In this document: positions 16,663 through 19,283 of the stretch, piece after piece | Numbering within the stretch: position 1 is the first letter of the stretch | Layout of the letters: each line of letters opens with the position of its first letter | UHGV virus genome: UHGV-1601451 | Reading direction: 5' to 3' (one strand) | Source of the DNA: a virus | DNA: 19,283 nucleotides | The notes under the pieces: model-generated | Told to the model about the DNA's origin: nothing | Seen by the model: the letters and a program-made list of their open reading frames with translations, nothing else | The model's database searches: none | Made by a program: the position numbers and the translations under genes

Positions 16663-17313
16663 TTAGAAGTTCAGATTTTTCAGTGCATTCAGTGCAGAGC
16701 CCACATCCTCAGCGTCGCGCAGGGACAGTGCGCCATAGCCCCCGGCCATGAATGCTTTGGCCTGGGTACGGGAGAGTCCGACATCACGCAGGACTCTTTC
16801 GATTTTTTTCTGTTCGGGGATTTCCCCGCGGGCCAGTGCGTTCTTGACGTCGCTGATCCGCGCCTCGTCGTTAGACGGGAACGTCACCAGGCTGACTTCC
16901 CAGAGGTCGATTTCTTTCAGCAGAAAGGCTTCTTTGCTCCGGTCGTATTCCCAGTCTTTCAGGACGTACCCAATAGAAAGGCCGGTTAACGAACCGGCCT
17001 TCATGTGTGCATGTGCGCGTTTTGCGAGGGGATCATCATCAATAAGCAACCGTCCCCTGACGTAAAGCCCGACATCGTCTTCCTTCATTTCGGTGTAAAC
17101 ACCGATGGGTTCATCCATGCGGTGCTGCCAGAGCAGCGCAGGTAACGCTTTTCTGTCACTCCACGCCCGCAGGGAAGCAGCAAATGCCCCGGACATCACC
17201 ACATCATCGTGGCTGTCCTTTACACCAAAGACGGAGCCATACCCTTCAAACTCACCGGAGTCACTGACAGATTTCAGACTCAGCGGTACATCAAGACGTT
17301 GTTTCGTCTGCAT
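16663..17313 (-). CDS. prohead protease, HK97 family
   Basis: Protease-like sequence between portal and capsid genes. Start at the ATG at 17313 (AAGGA SD 8 nt upstream) preferred over the track start at 17349, which lacks an SD. Confidence 0.85.
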   Translation of the reverse strand: MQTKQRLDVPLSLKSVSDSGEFEGYGSVFGVKDSHDDVVMSGAFAASLRAWSDRKALPALLWQHRMDEPIGVYTEMKEDDVGLYVRGRLLIDDDPLAKRAHAHMKAGSLTGLSIGYVLKDWEYDRSKEAFLLKEIDLWEVSLVTFPSNDEARISDVKNALARGEIPEQKKIERVLRDVGLSRTQAKAFMAGGYGALSLRDAEDVGSALNALKNLNF

Positions 17314-18532
17314 TGGCGTTATCCTTCTGCTTACCGGCTTTACTGCCATCGGAGGGTTTCGTGGTCATGTTCATCGGTGTGAGATAGACATCACCACCGG
17401 GACGTGGATTCATATCTTCCAGGTCGCGGCAGTCATTGGGAGAGTAAATTCCCCAGTTGATCCCGGTGGCGTAGGCTTCAAAACGGGACTTCATATCCCC
17501 GCGCAGTAACGCCCCGGCGTTAAATTTGGCGTAATAAACGCCCTGCTTACTTTTTCGTACCAGTCCGGTGTTGATCCGCTGTTCGATGCGGGTCAGATAC
17601 GGCACCAGTGAATAGTTGATAAATCCCAGCCCCAGCTCTTCGATATTGTTGAAGGTGGCGCGATCGGTGTTCTGCACCATGTGCAACGGCACCCGGAACA
17701 GACGACAGATTTCTTCAAGCTGAAACTTGCGGGTTTCCAGGAACTGGCTGTCCTCGGCGTTCAGCGCCATCGACTTCCAGTCCAGCCCCATCTCAAGGAT
17801 CATCGGGCGGTGAGCATTGCCAAGCCCGGTGTGACGCTCCTCAAAATCTTTCTTCAGGCGCTCATAAGCCTGATCTGACAGCGTCTGCTCTGTACGCAAC
17901 ACACCCGACGTCACCGCGCCATTGCTGAACAGTCTGGCCCCGTGCTCTTCGGTCGCTGCCGCCAGCGATATTGCCTCGCGGGCATAGGCGATGGGATTCA
18001 GCCCCACCAGTCCGTCCAGCGTCAGCGTGCGCACATGCCAGATATCCTCTTGGCTCAGTACATCCGTGGAGCCATCCGGGAATGTGACCTGATAGACCGG
18101 CTCCCAGCTACTGTTAAGCTTCGGTACCACACAGCCGGGATCGACGGGCAGCAGTTCAGCCACTTCGCCAAATGCTTTCACTTTGTAGGCGTAAAAGTTT
18201 CCCCGCAGGCACAGACAGGTGACCACCAGCTCCCAGAACTCCTGCGGCGTCATATAGCCATTGGGATGCGTGGAGATCAGCTTATGCAGACGTTCGCCAG
18301 TGGCTCTCTGCTTCAGGCTGCCGTTCAGGTGATACAGGTTGCAGGGCAACATCCCGACCGACTCCGCCAGCACCCTGACACAGGAAAAAACCGCCGTCAG
18401 TCGCATGGCCCGCTGGCTGCTGATCTGCTTTCCGGTATAGGTGTCGTAGGACAACCCGATAGCATCCGCCAGCTCTGCTGGCGTGGTCACCGGTGCGTCA
18501 CTTTTTCGTTGAAATAATCCCGAAAAGAACAC
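17291..18532 (-). CDS. portal protein, HK97 family
   Basis: 413 aa with N-terminal FFSGLF...AMRLTAVFSCVRVLAESVGMLP, typical of HK97-type portals. GTG start at 18532 with GGAGG 6 nt upstream, overlapping the stop of the small membrane ORF. Confidence 0.9.
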   Translation of the reverse strand: MFFSGLFQRKSDAPVTTPAELADAIGLSYDTYTGKQISSQRAMRLTAVFSCVRVLAESVGMLPCNLYHLNGSLKQRATGERLHKLISTHPNGYMTPQEFWELVVTCLCLRGNFYAYKVKAFGEVAELLPVDPGCVVPKLNSSWEPVYQVTFPDGSTDVLSQEDIWHVRTLTLDGLVGLNPIAYAREAISLAAATEEHGARLFSNGAVTSGVLRTEQTLSDQAYERLKKDFEERHTGLGNAHRPMILEMGLDWKSMALNAEDSQFLETRKFQLEEICRLFRVPLHMVQNTDRATFNNIEELGLGFINYSLVPYLTRIEQRINTGLVRKSKQGVYYAKFNAGALLRGDMKSRFEAYATGINWGIYSPNDCRDLEDMNPRPGGDVYLTPMNMTTKPSDGSKAGKQKDNANADETTS

Positions 18533-18714
18533 TATTTACCTCCGCCGACAGACGACTGTGTACGGTCGAGATATCGCGCCACCAGCCACGACCAGAACAG
18601 GCACAACGCCCCGGCAACAACAAACCCCGCCGGGGGATAAATCAGCCAGGCACCATACGCCAGCAAAAGCGCCCCCAGCACGCCCACCAGAGGCGCGAGA
18701 ATCAGCATGATCAT
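18532..18714 (-). CDS. small integral membrane protein (60 aa, two predicted TM helices)
   Basis: [26 protein letters not shown] / [23 protein letters not shown]: two hydrophobic helices. GAGG SD 5 nt upstream of the ATG. Exactly fills the gap between the terminase stop (18726) and the portal start. Confidence 0.6.
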
Positions 18715-18725
18715 AATTACCTCAG

Positions 18726-19247
18726 TTAAAGCGAGCGGATCCCATAGGACTCAATGTGGTCAGACAGCGTGTCTTCTTTCTCGTACAGCATGGCTCTGCC
18801 AACCGCCATAATCAGCGCAACTGCACCATCGATTTTGTTTTCCGCCTGCTCTTTGACGGGCTTCACCACATCATCGTTACCCGGAATGGTTTTGCCGACC
18901 ACGTTGCCTATACACCAGGTCATGATGGGATTGCCATCATGATGAAAGCGCCCCGATTCAATTGCCGCTTCCAGCTCTTTCATCGGGTCGGACATGTTGG
19001 TGTAGTTCTGAATGATAGTGACGGGATTCAGGTCTTCATCAGCAAGGTCATGTGACAACCCGGTCGCCCCGAAGGGGTCGATGGGTGACTCACTGACCGG
19101 GCTGATTTTGTTCGCCGCTTTGGCCTCCTCGAGGATATAGCGATAATCCACCTCCGCACCATCGGTAACGGTCAGAACGCCCATTTCCACCCATTTCTGA
19201 AAGCGTTCGGCTGTCCGTCGATCTTCATTTTTCTCGACGCTGTACAC
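18726..19247 (-). CDS. terminase large subunit, C-terminal (nuclease) part only; N-terminal part lost at the contig end
   Basis: ...[52 protein letters not shown]..., the terminase nuclease-domain region with acidic residues. The first five codons of the track ORF (MYKRQ, 19248-19262) are encoded by adapter sequence and are not real. Confidence 0.85.
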
Positions 19248-19283
19248 CTGTCTCTTATACACATCTCCGAGCCCACGAGACAG
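19248..19283. other. Illumina Nextera / Tn5 mosaic-end adapter sequence (library artefact)
   Basis: CTGTCTCTTATACACATCTCCGAGCCCACGAGAC matches the Nextera read-2 adapter over 34 bp, followed by AG. It is at the very end of the window. Confidence 0.9.

Larger units (their letters stand above)
1327..19247 (-). mobile_element. prophage late region (HK97-like head + Mu-like tail, SfV/e14-like), partial
   Basis: Uninterrupted, tightly overlapping late operon from terminase to tail fibre and invertase, all on one strand. Confidence 0.85.

Noticed and set aside
17314-17349. Longer prohead protease start at 17349
   Set aside because: No SD upstream and it would overlap the portal gene by 59 nt. The ATG at 17313 has an AAGGA SD with 8-nt spacing.
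3495-18517. Numerous plus-strand ORFs of 60-200 aa (e.g. 3911..4309, 5735..6193, 7923..8420, 12036..12452, 13446..14036, 16407..16751, 17942..18517) antisense to the structural operon
   Set aside because: Each is fully embedded antisense in a minus-strand gene with clear phage-protein character. Their Arg/Pro/Ser/Cys-rich translations are what GC-rich antisense frames produce, and none has a convincing SD.
19248-19266. Reading the terminal CTGTCTCTTATACACATCT as a genuine Tn5/IS50 inverted-repeat end, i.e. a transposon insertion in the terminase gene
   Set aside because: The sequence is the engineered mosaic end, not the native IS50 outside or inside end, and it is followed directly by the Nextera adapter tail CCGAGCCCACGAGAC at the contig end.
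1-19283. CRISPR arrays, tRNA/rRNA genes, tandem direct repeats
   Set aside because: None noticed by eye. The only convincing repeats are the inverted crossover sites and short hairpins already listed. A tRNA scan was not run, so a tRNA fragment in 212-447 cannot be fully excluded.

Overview
Nearly the whole window is the late (virion) region of a temperate myovirus prophage with an HK97-type head module and a Mu-type contractile tail module (SfV/e14-like mosaic), with all structural genes on the minus strand. Order from the window end towards the start: terminase large subunit (3' part only), small 2-TM membrane protein, portal, prohead protease, major capsid protein, head-tail connector genes, tail sheath, tail tube, chaperone pair with a -1 programmed frameshift, tape measure, DNA circulation protein, baseplate hub/spike/W-like/J-like/YmfQ-like, tail fibre. 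The tail-fibre locus is a Gin/Pin-type invertible segment of about 1.86 kb, bounded by 26-bp crossover sites at 3797-3822 and 1936-1961, carrying two unrelated fibre tips with their own assembly chaperones and controlled by a serine invertase (1327-1881). Beyond the invertase lies a markedly AT-rich cargo block with a small + strand gene (487-984) showing a PD-(D/E)xK nuclease signature, in the slot where E. coli e14 carries mcrA; this is the best candidate for an undescribed defence or exclusion function. A 5'-truncated tyrosine-recombinase remnant runs off the window start (1-209). The last 36 bp (19248-19283) are a Nextera/Tn5 mosaic-end adapter, not biology. No rRNA, tRNA or CRISPR array was seen. 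All family assignments are from reading the translations by eye; no database search was run.
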